A stretch of DNA of 64,000 nt from Octopus vulgaris. Lineage: Eukaryota. The stretch lies in the NCBI GenBank assembly GCA_951406725.2, contig OX597842.1:17174001-17238000 (forward strand). Direction: 5' to 3'. Positions 14,290 to 27,700 of this stretch are shown one piece after another (positions within the stretch are counted from its first letter, which is position 1; the number at the start of each line of letters is the position of its first letter). Below the pieces are notes generated by a model. That model was given only the letters and a program-made list of their open reading frames with translations. It made no database searches and was not told the DNA's origin. The position numbers and the translations under genes were made by a program.

Positions 14290-14304
14290 GATAGATATAT
14301 ACAC

Positions 14305-14434
<130 letters not shown>

Positions 14435-14459
14435 TACAAATATACAGTCAGGGTGAGAT

Positions 14460-14590
14460 CCACAGCTTCTGAGGCCGATCGGAACAAAATTCCTGAAATA
14501 CCGCGATCATTAGGCCATCTACATTTTTTCCATCCGGTGGCATTCCAGACGTTTGGTGGAGTCGGTCCACGAACTGCGAGATTCCTTAAT
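14460..14590 (+). mobile_element. Short CRE-like fragment in opposite orientation
   Basis: acagcttctgaggccgatcggaacaaaattcctgaaataccgcgatc resembles the reverse complement of ~13240-13350. Confidence 0.6.
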
Positions 14591-14679
14591 CTCTTAAAAC
14601 GGTAAACGCTGTGAAGGCAATAACTTACGGATAAAAGTGAAAGACACAAGCAAGATTTTTCTAAACAAACTTGGAGTAT

Positions 14680-15510
14680 TTCGTTTTGGGATTTGGTTTG
14701 CAAGATTTTTTATGTGAGTTCGGGTGTTGAAGCATATTCTGTTGTGTCTGGGGAGAGTCATTTTCTTTTTGTGCCTTATAACACACTCATTGGTAAAATT
14801 TCCACTTATTTCTTATTTTTATGTTCCTAAAATTTTCGTTGCGTCTTGCAACCTTTTCAATATTCCTGACTCTGTCCGTTATTTACACTACGTTCCCTTT
14901 TGCTTGTTTGTGCTCATGTGTGTGGGGCAGTGTGTGTGTGCCTATACATGCATGCATGTATATATGTATGCATGTATGTATATATGTATGTATATCTGTG
15001 TGTGTTTGTATGTGTATGTATATATGTTTGTGTACGCATGTGTATATATGTGTGTATCTGTATGTATGTATCCTGCATATTTATGTGCTTGCATGTCTGT
15101 GTTTGTGTATTTCCTATGTATGTGTGTGTGTAAGCGTGTGTTTGTATATGTATGCACCTCTGTTTCCTTGTGTGTGCATGTCTCTGTGTGTGTGTGTTAT
15201 GCAACTATGTACCATGTTTGTATGTATGGATGTGCATCTTTATATGTATGGATCCTTGTATCCATATTTGTCTGTTTATACATGCATGCATGCATGCATG
15301 TGTATGCACACACACACACACACTGACATACACACAAGCGCACAAACAAACAAAAAGGAACACAGTGTAAATAACGGACAGAGTCAAGACTATGGAAAAG
15401 GTTGCAAGACGCAACGAAAATTTTAGGAAAATTAAAAATAAGAAATAAGTGGAAATTTTACCGGTGAGTGTGTTACATAAAAAAGCACAAAAAGAAAATG
15501 ATTCTCCCCA
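14680..15510. mobile_element. Foldback/MITE-like repeat with ~170-bp inverted arms around a microsatellite core
   Basis: ~14749-14915 is mirrored at ~15335-15510. Confidence 0.6.
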
Positions 15511-15669
15511 AACTTGGAGTAGATTTGCCAAAAACATGTAAAATAAACAGTAAATGTAGACGAAAAACAAAACAAAAAACACAAAAAGACACCCAAAACT
15601 TACACTATTGAATTCAATTTTATTTTATCAATATCATTTCGTGATAATTATACATAAATACATACATAT

Positions 15670-15702
<33 letters not shown>

Positions 15703-15991
15703 TATATATTGTGAATCCCCAAAAAGAAGAACAAACACAAAAAAATACAAAAAGAAACAACGCGAGGACGTGGTACGTGTAAAGTATTAGCAGACGCTCA
15801 GGGAAGAAAGGAAGATGATTTAACGTTTCGAGCAACGCTCTTCCTTCTTCAGAAACAGAGGAATCTCCAATAGAAAAGAAGACGGAGGAAGAAAATCGCC
15901 AACGATTCACAAGTGGTTACATTTTGAATATACATATATATATTTATTTATATTTATATTTATATTTATATCTATATTTATATTTGTATTT

Positions 15992-16145
15992 ATATTGAGG
16001 GCATTACTATACATAAATGCCACACGCTTGTAGGGATTCTTAAAGTCAAACCTACCAAATTAAATGTCTTTATTTATTTTGGTAGTTTTGACTTTAAGAG
16101 TCCCTCCTAGCGTGTGGCATTTATGTAAAGAAAAGCCCTCAATAT
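15992..16145. repeat. Imperfect hairpin, ~75-bp arms
   Basis: atattgagggc..cataaatgccacacgct..cttaaagtcaaa / tttgactttaag..agcgtgtggcatttatg..gccctcaatat. Confidence 0.8.
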
Positions 16146-16278
16146 AAATTAATTTAATTAAGAGAAAAATTGATGGATTTTCTCCTTATGAGGTTTTTCA
16201 CGAACTAGTTGATAAATTCTTATAAAGGTTTTAACCTATTTATAAATTGTATATGTATAGGTTCCGGTATCTAATAAT

Positions 16279-16347
<69 letters not shown>

Positions 16348-16349
16348 CC

Positions 16350-16632
16350 ATTAAATAAAAGGGAAAGGAAATATAAAGCGATTATCTCCCTTATACCAGA
16401 AGAAATCACTTATTACCTCCCCTACTTGGAACTTTACTTTGCACTTCATAACAAAGTCATAACACGTTGTTTTGAGGAGTTTGAAAAGTTAACACGAAGC
16501 CGGTAATTTCTTCAAAAACTATGTCACTGTATGAAAAAATTTTATAACATTCTTCTGACATAATGACTCAAATATATTTTTTTACCATTTAAAACGAGCC
16601 TTCTGTAGTTTTTTCACTTTTTACTATTTTCT
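16350..16632 (+). mobile_element. Solo Penelope pLTR/3' end related to the 29-34 kb family
   Basis: gcgattatctccctta..gaagaaatcact..tttgaaaag..ccggtaatttct..gccttctgt..tttactattttct, colinear with 33553-33862. Confidence 0.75.
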
Positions 16633-16651
16633 ATATATACATATATGTATA

Positions 16652-16728
<77 letters not shown>

Positions 16729-16794
16729 GTATATATACGTTTAAATATTTGTTGTGCAAGATTTTTTATGTGAAGTCGTGTGTTGAAACAGATA

Positions 16795-18278
16795 TTGTTA
16801 TATTTCGGAATGGTCATATTTTGCCAGTTTAGCCAATAAAAGCACACGCACTATATATTTGGTGTTATTTTGCTTCAGTGATATTTATTTATTACATTAA
16901 TCTTAATCTTATTTCGGCCAAAGTTCTTTCGTCACACTCCTGTGACCGCATCAGTGGTCCTTTGTTTTCTTCTCACTTACTTGTGTCTCTCCTTACTAAC
17001 CGTCAGCCATTTTATATTTCTATTGTATGTCTTCATTTGCGCATGTTTATATCTCTATGTGCGTCTATGTTTATTTAGTGTGCGTGTGGGGGGGATGCCT
17101 GTAATATTTGTATCTTCTGGTTATATACATTCTTGTAATTTGTATTTTGTTTTTGTTGTTGTTGCTTTTGTTCTAATTTTGTTCATGTGTTTACATCCAC
17201 CCATTATTATCATTACATATGCTTGTATGTATGTATAACAACAATATTAGTAATAATAATAATAAATCTGTAAAGCCAGAAATGTGGTCTATAGTATAAG
17301 ATGTATAGAGGGACGATGCAGTAACAAGACAGTAACATACGTAGGGGAAACTGCAAGAAGCATTGGTGAGCGGGTGAATGAACATTGGAGACAACTCAAG
17401 GAAGGTAAAAGCTCATCGATTCTGTACCAACACGCCGAACAAGAACACGGGGGATCAATCAATAACATAGAGATTAAGATATTGTCCACACATAGAACAG
17501 ATGCAACAATTAGACAAATTACAGAAGCTACACATATAATAGAAAATAAACCTAGCCTGAATAGAAAACTAGAATGGAGCAATAGCGCACACCACAACAT
17601 ATGACAATAGTGGATCCTGCAAACATAATAAATACACAGGTAATTAAAGAAATAGAAATGAATATCTATATATATGTATATGTATATGTATATGTGTATA
17701 TATGTGTGTGTATATGTATATGTATATGTATATATATGTATATGTATGTGTATGTATATATATATATGTATATGTATATTCCTTTTTTTTTTTTTTTTCC
17801 ATTAGATTTATTATTATTATTACTAATATTGTTGTTATACATACATACAAGTATATGTAATGATAATAATGGGTGGATGTAAACACATGAACAAAATTAG
17901 AACAAAAGCAACAACAACAAAAACAAAATACAAATTACAAGAATGTATATAACCAGAAGATACAAATATTACAGGCATCCCCCCCACACACACACTAAAT
18001 AAACATAGACGCACATAGAGATATAAACATGCGCAAATGAAGACATACAATAGAAATATAAAATGGCTGACGGTTAGTAAGGAGAGACACAAGTAAGTGA
18101 GAAGAAAACAAAGGACCACTGATGCGGTCACAGGAGTGTGACGAAAGAACTTTGGCCGAAATAAGATTAAGATTAATGTAATAAATAAATATCACTGAAG
18201 CAAAATAACACCAAATATATAGTGCGTGTGTTTTTATTGGCTAAACTGGCAATATGACCATTCCGAAATATAACAATA
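16795..18278 (+). mobile_element. Truncated Penelope-like element: inverted pLTR + GIY-YIG C-terminus + pLTR
   Basis: ORF 17284-17604 VYSIRC..TYVGETARSIGERVNEH..E...PSLN; ~16795-17270 is the reverse complement of ~17804-18278. Confidence 0.85.
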
Positions 18279-18399
18279 TGTATATATATGTATACATATA
18301 TATATATACATATATATATGTATATATATGTATATATATATATACATATATATATATACATATGTATATATATAGATATACATATAGATATAAATTATA

Positions 18400-18453
<54 letters not shown>

Positions 18454-18882
18454 TATTAGATAGCAGGACCTTTCTTTTTTGCACATATTCTTCACGATTG
18501 TTGACACTACTTTATTGGAATTGAATTGAAATATTTTGGTACATGGTAATACATGTAAAAAAAAATAACAATTTGCTGGGATGGAATTATCCTTTAAACT
18601 TACACTAATATATTATTACAAGTATTTATTTTTCACTCGTTAGGGTACGATAAAAACCTTCTCACACGGTCAGAATCGAACGAGTGACCTGTCCGTTGTA
18701 GTGTTTTTAACTTATCCCTATGCTGACTCACTCGCACTTTTTACAACTTAATAACTGATGTAGTGTTAAATTCCTTATTTCAAAGTTTATATTTCATTGT
18801 TTTTAAAACTCGGAAATGCAAGACATTTATCACACATATACATACATACATACACACATACATACATACATACATACATACA

Positions 18883-18918
<36 letters not shown>

Positions 18919-18922
18919 TTTA

Positions 18923-19066
<144 letters not shown>

Positions 19067-19111
19067 CATATATATATATATACACACGCACACACACACA
19101 CATATATATAT

Positions 19112-19179
<68 letters not shown>

Positions 19180-19280
19180 AAATACTAATTACCGAATCTC
19201 AGTTTATTAAACGCTAGGCCACTGGTGTTAAAACTGATGTTATCAAATTAATATCCAATTTTTCACCCTCATTTTGATCT

Positions 19281-19311
<31 letters not shown>

Positions 19312-19710
19312 TTCGCATCTTTTTTATCCCTTCTTATGCTTAATATATTTTCTGAAATATTCTGTTGCACACAAAGACAAGTTTATGTATTTGCTTTCCA
19401 AATGTAATATTCAAAGAGTGATTATTCTATGTTGTTTCTTTGCTGTTGTAATTTTTCCTCTGTGACTCAGTTATTTATTTTAGTGTTGTTAAATAAAACA
19501 TTTTTCATCTGAGAAAAAGCCTCGTCTGTCATATTTCTGAAACACTTCTCTTCTTTATATCAACTACAAGACACAACATTAACGTTAAAGGGGTGACTCC
19601 ACCGCAAGGAATCTTATTTGGCAACTGACCGAACAAACGCTTAAAAAAGCTTCTACAAACCTTTTAAGGTTTGTGATCTATACAACCATTCACCTCACCC
19701 TCTCTCTCTG

Positions 19711-19920
19711 TGAGCTGGTTGAATCGTTAGCACGCCGGGCGAAATATTTAGCGATATTTCATCTGTCGCTACGTTGTGAGTTCAAATTCCGCCGAGGTCG
19801 ACTTGGTCTTTTATTCTTTCGGGGTCGATGAAATAAGTACCAGTTGAATACTGGGGTCGAAGTAATCGACTATCCTACGTCTCCCAACTTTTAGGCCCTG
19901 TGCCTATAGTAGAAAAGGAT
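19711..19920 (+). mobile_element. SINE family 1 copy
   Basis: gagctggttgaatcgttagcacgccggg..gagttcaaattccgccgaggtcgac..cggggtcgatgaaataagtaccag. Confidence 0.75.
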
Positions 19921-20366
19921 TATAATTACTATGAAGGATAAGGTAGCGAGCTGGGAGGGTCTGTGTGTGTGTGTGTGTGCACGTGTACGCGTGCGTGTGT
20001 ATTTATGCGTGTATATGTATAGACGACAACCCTACATACATGAATACATATATATATATATATGTATGTATGTGTGTGTGTATATATGTATGTGTGTGTG
20101 TGTACACGCGTACGCGTGCGTGTGTATTTATGCGTGTATATGTATAGACGACAACCCTACATACATACATGAATACATATATATATATATATGTATGTGT
20201 GTATATATGTATGTGTGTGTGTGTATGTATTCATGTATAAAAAGTTTAATATACATTTTGATAGTTATATATATTTAATAATAATAAAAAATTTTTTTTT
20301 TAATTAAATATAAAATGTATTAAAAAAATTTTTTTTTAATATATATATATATATGTATATATATAC

Positions 20367-20443
<77 letters not shown>

Positions 20444-20601
20444 TTAATAATTTTAAATTTTTAACTTTAAATTTAAATAATTTAAATTTTGAAGTTTATA
20501 TTTTATATTTTGTATTTATTAATTTTATTTCTATGTTTTGGTTTATGTTTTTCACTGTTTGATTTGCCAAATAGTGGTTTTATCTCTAATTTAATTTATA
20601 T

Positions 20602-20675
<74 letters not shown>

Positions 20676-21535
20676 ATATATATATACACGCATAAATACA
20701 CACACACATACACGTGTACACGTCAACACACACACATCCTTATTAAAATGATACATCTGCCACGTCATGATAAAATCACAAATGAAATGCATTTTAAAGA
20801 TAGAAAAAAAGCCTCATTAATTTCAGAAAAGTAACAAGTTCGAACACGAAATATTCGTGAAGTCCTTACAACGCTGAGGCATAATCACTTTGAAAGAATA
20901 AATTAAAAATATTAATTAATAATATCCGGCTGCTGATTACGATAAACAACCTTGTGTCTAATCAATATGTAGTCAACCGTGGTTTATTTGTTGAAAGTAT
21001 ATTTTCTTTCTTTTTCCTCTTAAGTAGCCATGTTTTCCGTTGATTATAATCTAGTTATGTTCTTAGTATCGATTAGTATCCAGAAGTGATAAGATACTCA
21101 CAATCAGGGAAAATGATTATTGTTTTATTGAATTTTAAAATATAATCCCTACGATTATAATTTTTTTCATCGGTGAATATGCGTGGCTTAGGGATCAGGA
21201 TTTGCACTCACGATTCGCTGAACGTGCGATCGATTCCTGGACGGGATGGCGTGTGTGATCCTTGAGCAAAGTTCTGCATTTCACATTGCCCCAGGGCTGT
21301 GAGGGGACTGGCATATCAATGAATAGACCGAATGTTTCGTCTGCGTTTCGTAAAAAGCGACCAAAAGGGGCCGAGTTAGGATTTGCACTTTGATCCCGTA
21401 AAATCCTCACTACCAACGACTACCCAAACAGAGCCATGTGTTGTAGGGTTGTCGCCTAAATTGTACAAAGAGGTCGTCCGTCAGGGAATCACTAAGAAAT
21501 GGGGGATGAAGCGACGCACTGTAACACAGCATGCT

Positions 21536-22170
21536 TCCATGTATGTATGAATGCGTGTATATATGTATGTGTGTGTATATATTCATGTATGTATGCGTGT
21601 ATATATGTATGTGTGTGTATGTATTCATGTATGTATGAATGTGTGTATGTATGTGTGTGTATATATGTATGTATGTGTGTATATATGTATGTGTGTGTAT
21701 GTATTCATGTATGTATGAATGTGTGTACGTATGTATGTGTATATATGTATGTATGTGTGTGTATGTATTCATGTATGTATGAATGTGTGTACGTATATGT
21801 GTGTATATATGTATGTGTGTATATGTATTCATGTATGTATGAATGTGTATACGTATGAGTATGTATATATGTATGTATGTGTGTATATATGTATGTGTGT
21901 ATGTATGTATATGTGTATGTATTCATGTATGTATGAATGTGTGTATGTATGTGTGTGTATATATGTATGTATGTGTGTATATATGTATGTGTGTATGTAT
22001 TCATGTATGTATGTGTGTATGTATGTATGTGTGTATGTATTCATGTATGTATGAATATGTGTATGTTTGTGTGTGTATATATGTATGTATGTGTGTATGT
22101 ATGTATGTGTGTGTATGTATGTGTGTGTATGTATTCATGTATGTATGCATGTGTGTATGTATGTATATAT
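21536..22170. repeat. Compound minisatellite built from TATG/TG units punctuated by gtattcatgtatgtatgaat
   Basis: Motif recurs every ~30-80 bp. Confidence 0.85.
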
Positions 22171-22172
22171 GA

Positions 22173-22470
22173 CAGGGGTTGGGCAAAAATAATGGAAACC
22201 CCTTAAAATTTTAATATGTGGTAGGACCACCTTTGGCAGTAATTACAGCTTGAATTCTATGAGGTATAGACGCGTACAAAGTTTGAATCGCTTCGAAAGG
22301 AATTTCGAAAGGAATGGCTTCAGCTAAAACAGTCTCCAGTTCTTGTAGAGATGCTGCTGGAGGATATCGACTCCTAACTTGTTTTTTCTATAATGCACCA
22401 TAAATGTTCAGTAATATTGAGATCTGGGGGCTGGTGACCAGATAAGGTCTTCATCTTCACTACATTCACT
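22173..22470 (-). mobile_element. Tc1/mariner transposon end remnant
   Basis: TIR-like caggggttgggcaaaaataatggaaacc; minus strand PPDLNITEHLW (SPDLNPIEHLW motif). Confidence 0.7.
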
Positions 22471-23150
22471 GACTTGGATTTGGATTCTCTTCCTGAAATT
22501 GTTGACCACAGGTTTTTCGAGGGCATTAAGTGTAATTTATCTAGTGTAAAAATTAATACTTCAAAGCTATCGATATATTGCGAAGTTAAAATAAAATCGT
22601 TTCTCTCACAATGCATACAAACGCAGTCGACTTGTTTCAAGCAGTTTATTAGCTAAGATCGATGGATAGAAACAGTTTTTGTTGATAACCTAACATAGCG
22701 ACGGGTAAAACTGATAATTTACTTACCTTCTGAAGAGCAAGGCATTCTGGAGAGAAAGAGAAACAAATATAAGACCTGGAATTTAAGAACTTATTTAACG
22801 AAAAGGGAAATTACCTGGCGACGACTTCTGGAGTAAGAGGAAAAGAAAGTTCAAGTTGGCCATCAATTTTTATAAGAGTGAAAGAACTCGGGTGAGATTG
22901 TTTTAAAGACATTGTCTTTTCGAAGCCAATGCAAAAAGAAATCAACTGTGAAATATCCTGAATTTATTCTGAAATTATCAGAACGAAGAGAATAGGAATA
23001 AATAAAAGAAAGCTTGTTTATCGAAACTAGGAAAAGGGAACATTAAAAGGTAGAAGCTTGTTGTTTGCAGTGGGACACGTCTTGTTGGTCGATTTTGCAA
23101 CTAAAAGTGAAGTTTACTTAACAACCCTGTAACAGTCATGAATCTGAAAG

Positions 23151-24000
23151 GTAAGTGAATTAATAATATTAAGAATGAAAAGAGAGATAATTACTGAAAT
23201 TGTTTTTATTATTCTATGATATAAAATACTGTAGCTGACTTGTGCTTTTATTACACTCGGTTTACCATTTTCATTTTCCACTTCCGATGAGAATGGAAAG
23301 GACGGAGATGGATTTGTAAAAATCATGGATCGACTGATCAACTATCCTTTCTACTCTGTCTTGAAACTTAACGTTCTGATTTCGAATTTTGCTGTGATTT
23401 AGGATTTAACGTAGATAGACAGATTTAAAATAAAGAAATACATGTGAAAATAGGGTAATAAGTCTTAGGATAGTGATTAGCGATCTGTTGAATATTAAAA
23501 TAAATAACACTGGGCAAATTTTTTCTTCTCTGGAGCCTGGAATATTTCAATGAATTCCAAGTGATTTTGCCTGCTAGATTCAAGACTTATTCCAGTTTTT
23601 CTTTATCAGGTCTGGTTTTCTGACTAGACCTGATAGAGTAAGTATTTTATTCATACAAGAGGCATATAATATGAATCAATAAAGAGAGATTATTACTGAA
23701 ATTGTTTTTATAATTCTATTATATAAAATACTGTATTTGACTTGTGCGTTCGTTACATTCGGTTTACAGTTGTCATTTCTCGTTTCCTCAGAGAACGGAA
23801 AGTACAGGGGTAGATTTGTAGAAATCACGAATCGACTGATAAAATATCTTTAGTATTCAGTCATGAAACTTTGCATTTTGACTTCGAATCCCGCTGGGAT
23901 TTAGGATTTAATTTGGATAGATTTCAAATAAATGAATTGAAATATAAATAGGGTAATGATTCCTAGGGTAATAATTACGGTGCTGTTGAATAACAAATAT
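23151..24000. repeat. Diverged ~500-bp tandem duplication
   Basis: ~23180-23505 resembles ~23681-24000 (aagagagat.attactgaaattgttttta..tataaaatactgta..gatttaggatttaa). Confidence 0.8.
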
Positions 24001-24045
24001 AACTTTAGGTATTTCATTTAATAAAAATAATTATTAAACAATTAT

Positions 24046-24460
24046 AGGCGTAGGAGTGGCTGTGTGGTAAGTAGCTTGCTTACCAACCTTATGGTTCCGG
24101 GTTCAATCCCACTACGTGACACCTTGGGCAAGTGTCTTCTGCTATAGCCTCGGGCCGACTAAAGCCTTGTGAGTGGATTTGGTAGACGGAAACTGAAAGA
24201 AGCTCGTCGTATATATGTATATATATGTGTGTGTGTGTGTGTTTGTGTGTGTATGTTTGTCCCACCAACATCGCTTGACAACCGATGCTGGTGTGTTTAC
24301 GTCCCCGTAACTTAGCGGTTCGGCAAAAGAGACCGATGGAATAAGTTCTAGGCTTACAAAGAATAAGTCATGGGGTCGATTTGTTCGAGTAAAGGCGGTG
24401 CTCCAGCATGGCCGCAGTCAAATGACTGAATCAAGTAAAGGAGTAAAAGAGTAAAAGAAA
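24046..24460 (+). mobile_element. SINE family 2, apparently full-length
   Basis: A-box-like gtggctgtgtgg, B-box ggttcaatccc, CORE-like gacaccttgggcaagt, internal TA/TG tract, gagtaaaa tail. Confidence 0.8.
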
Positions 24461-24975
24461 GACTTTTCTGATTTCTCTCAGAAAGGTCTCAAGCGAATTA
24501 GTCTGTTCATTTCACCTTAAATCTCCAAACGGATGTTTCTCTTGCTTTCACTTTCACTTTCTCTCTTTTTACAATTTCTTCTAAACTTATGAACGACCTT
24601 TTCATTCCTTTAATGATCTAAATCCACATCCCTGTCTACAATTCTTTCCTCATTCATTGACTCAATCTTTTTTCGTATTTCTTAACGTATTCAAGATGGT
24701 TATTCTTGAACGCTTTAAAACATATGACATATGAGGTGGTGGTTAAAGTTGATAAAAATAACAGCTAATCAGGCCTTAAATCGTGCACCAAAATATATTT
24801 TCTCACGTTTTTGTAAATCAGATGAATTTCCGTGTATAGAATATAAATTCGCCAAAATTATTTTTAAATTCCCCATAATGAAAAACGTTATGAGGGGTTA
24901 TATATATGTATGTGTGTGCATGTGTGTGTGTGTGTATGCGCGCGTGTCTGTCTGTATATATGTATATATATATAT

Positions 24976-27700
24976 ATGTCGCGTTAAATATGGTAAACAG
25001 AGTTGGCGCTATCACGCAGCCTTGCTTCACTCCGGTGGTGACTTTAAATTGCTCAGAACTGCCTCCGTCTGTCTGGACTATGGCGTGCATATTGTCGTGG
25101 AGGAGTTTGAGGATCCGGATGAATTTATCTGGGCATCCATACTGGGTTGAATATCCCAGAGGAGCTCTCGCGAGACACGATAAATGGCTTTGGATAGGTC
25201 GATAAAGGCCAAGTAGAGCGGTTGGTGTTGCTCACGACATTTTTCTTGTAGTTGTCGCAGCGTGAAGATCATGTCGGTTGTACTTCGTGATGGGCTAAAG
25301 CCGGTCTGTGTCTCAGGAAGGATCCTCTCTGACAGCGTTCTGAGGCGGTTGTTCAGGATGCGTGCAAGAATCTTTCCAGCAGTTGCCAATAAGGAAATAC
25401 CCCGGTAATTTCCACACTCAGAACGATCGCCCTTTCGTTTGTAAATGGTAATGATGTTGGCATCCCTGAAGTCGGATGGTACAACTTCATTTGTCCAGAT
25501 TTTGACCAAGAGTTGGTGGAGCTGGTGTTGGACAAAATCACCTCCCAGTTTGTAGATCTCAGGTGGGATTCCGTCAGGACCCGCGGCTTTGTTGTTCTTC
25601 ATCGCTGTGATAGCAATTTTGACCTCTTCGAGGGATGGAATTCGAGCGAGATAGTAATCTTTAGGAATCATGTCAAGTATCCTTTTGTCGATGGTAGCCT
25701 TGTGATTGAGGAGGTCATCGAAGTGTTCTCTCCATCTGTCTCCTATTTCGGTGTTGCTTTTCAGGATGGTTGCTCCGTCTTGACTCTTCAGAGGAGCCTG
25801 TCCATGTGTGGAAGGTCCGTATATTTCTTTCGTGGCTTTGAAGAACCCTCTGGTGTCGTTTACATCTGCTAACTTCTGGATTTCACGAGATTTGTGTCTC
25901 CACCACTGGTTCTTCAGGTTGCGGGTTGTCCTTTCAACTGCGGATTTGCACTTTTTCAAAGTCTCTCGTTTAGTGGCAGACTTTGGATCATTCTGTAAGC
26001 TGATGAAAGCTTTCCGTTTTTGGTCGATCAGTTCATGAGAGCTTCATCATTGTCGTCGAACCAATCCTGGTGTTTCCTTTTCTTGCGACCGATGGTTTCT
26101 TCGCAAGCGGTGATGATGGTTTCTTTCAGCTGGTTCCAATTTTCTTCGACGAGATGGTTTGGAGACTTATTTTGAAGATTGACCAGTAGGTGCTGCTGGA
26201 AAGCAACACGAGTTTTGGGTTTTGCAATGCTTCGATGTTGAATTTCCTTACTCTGCGTTCCTTGCTGTGATATTTCACTTTTGGTCGGAGTTTGATTTTC
26301 ATGGCGGAGGCGATGAGGCGATGATCTGTCCAGCACTCATCTGCTCCAGTGGCGGCTCTGGTGAGTAACACATCTTGCTGGTCTCGGGATCTCACGATGA
26401 TATAGTCGATGAGATGCCATTGTTTAGATCTTGGATGCTGCCATGAGACCTTATATCGATTGTTCTGGCGAAAAAGTGTGATGGTTATCACCAGGTTATG
26501 TTCAGCACATTTGGTGAGCAGCAGAGTTCCATTGGCATTGACATTTCCCACTCCTTCCTTTCCGATGGTTCCTGTCCAGAGTTCACGATCTTTCCCAACT
26601 CTGGCATTGAATCTCCCAGGAGAATGGTCTTGTCGTCCATTGGGACGGTAGAGAGAATGCTAACGAGCTGGCTGTAAAACTCTTCCTTGACTAAATCCTC
26701 CGCGTCAAAGGTGGGAGCATACGCGCTGATGATAGTTGCGTGCTGACTTTCGACAAGCTGGATTCGGAGGGTCATGAGTCGTGCGGACATTCCGATGGGC
26801 TGCTCTGTCAGTTTGGATAGGATGGTGTTTCGTATTGCAAAACCCACACCATGGATCCGTTGATGGTCGGGATCGTAACCTTTCCAGAAAAAGGTGTATT
26901 GACCACCTTCTTCTCTCAGCCGGCCTTCTCCGGCTCTCCGGGTTTCACTGAAAGCTACGATGTCAAAATTGAATCGATGGAATTCCCGGGCGATGATTGC
27001 AGTTCGCCTTTCGGGTCTGTCTGAGTTGGTGTTATCTATGAGAGTCCTGACATTCCAGGTCCCGAATTTCAGCGTTGCGTATCTTGATCTTGATTTTTGA
27101 CCGCATAATGAACGCGGTTTTCCAGACAGGATTGGGGAGAAGCAGACTATGTTTAGGGCACCTTTTCTAGCCCCTTCTCAATTCAGGGTGAGCAGAGTGG
27201 ATCCTAAACAGGGCTGCTCAGTCGTGGATACTGCTGCCGAACATCTTCCCTGCTTCTTCCGAAAGATAGAGCGACTGAATCATGTAACCACCGCATCCGT
27301 GCCGGTTCTACACTAGGAGCCTCCAGCCTTCACGAGCCAGCTCCCGTCATCCATCGCCGATCGCCAAAAGTCTTGGAAAGAATAAGAAGAGTGGTGGCGA
27401 AGACGCCTGTGCGTGAAATTGTTTAACGTGTGCTTGAGGTCGCATGTCCAGTAAAGCACACGTAAACTGACAGACCACCAACTTGACCCAATGGCAAGGT
27501 AAACCGAGACGATTGGAGTCGATGGTCTGCTGCAGCCTTCGTCCGCCTTCACAGCCATTGAGTTGTTAAGGCAACTTCATCCGCCTGTTCCACCGTTGAG
27601 GACTTGATGACTGTCAGAGCCCCGTTTGCCGCTAACACAGCTGGCTTGCTCGCGTTGCCCAGTCTGCACCACGTGGAGGAGGGGTTGAACTTTTGAAGAC
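24976..27700 (-). mobile_element. RTE (BovB-like) LINE, inverted 5' part (5' UTR, APE endonuclease, RT N-terminal half); frameshifted
   Basis: FGTWNVRTL, ISAYAPT, WHLIDYII, TDHRL, KAAGPDGIP, NYRGISLL, GVKQGCVIAPTLF. Confidence 0.9.
27618..27700 (-). ncRNA. Degenerate HDV-like ribozyme at the RTE 5' end
   Basis: P1 5' gucuuc / P1 3' gcagacu; L3 UCCACGU; GG for P1.1; P4 gcaacgcgagc/gcuguguuagc; J4/2 ggcaaa; P2 acccc/ggggcu. Confidence 0.6.

Noticed and set aside
21536-22170. Regularly recurring motif reminiscent of a CRISPR array
   Set aside because: Spacers are low-complexity microsatellite, the context is eukaryotic, and there are no cas genes.
24046-24120. tRNA-like A/B boxes
   Set aside because: SINE head; no complete cloverleaf.
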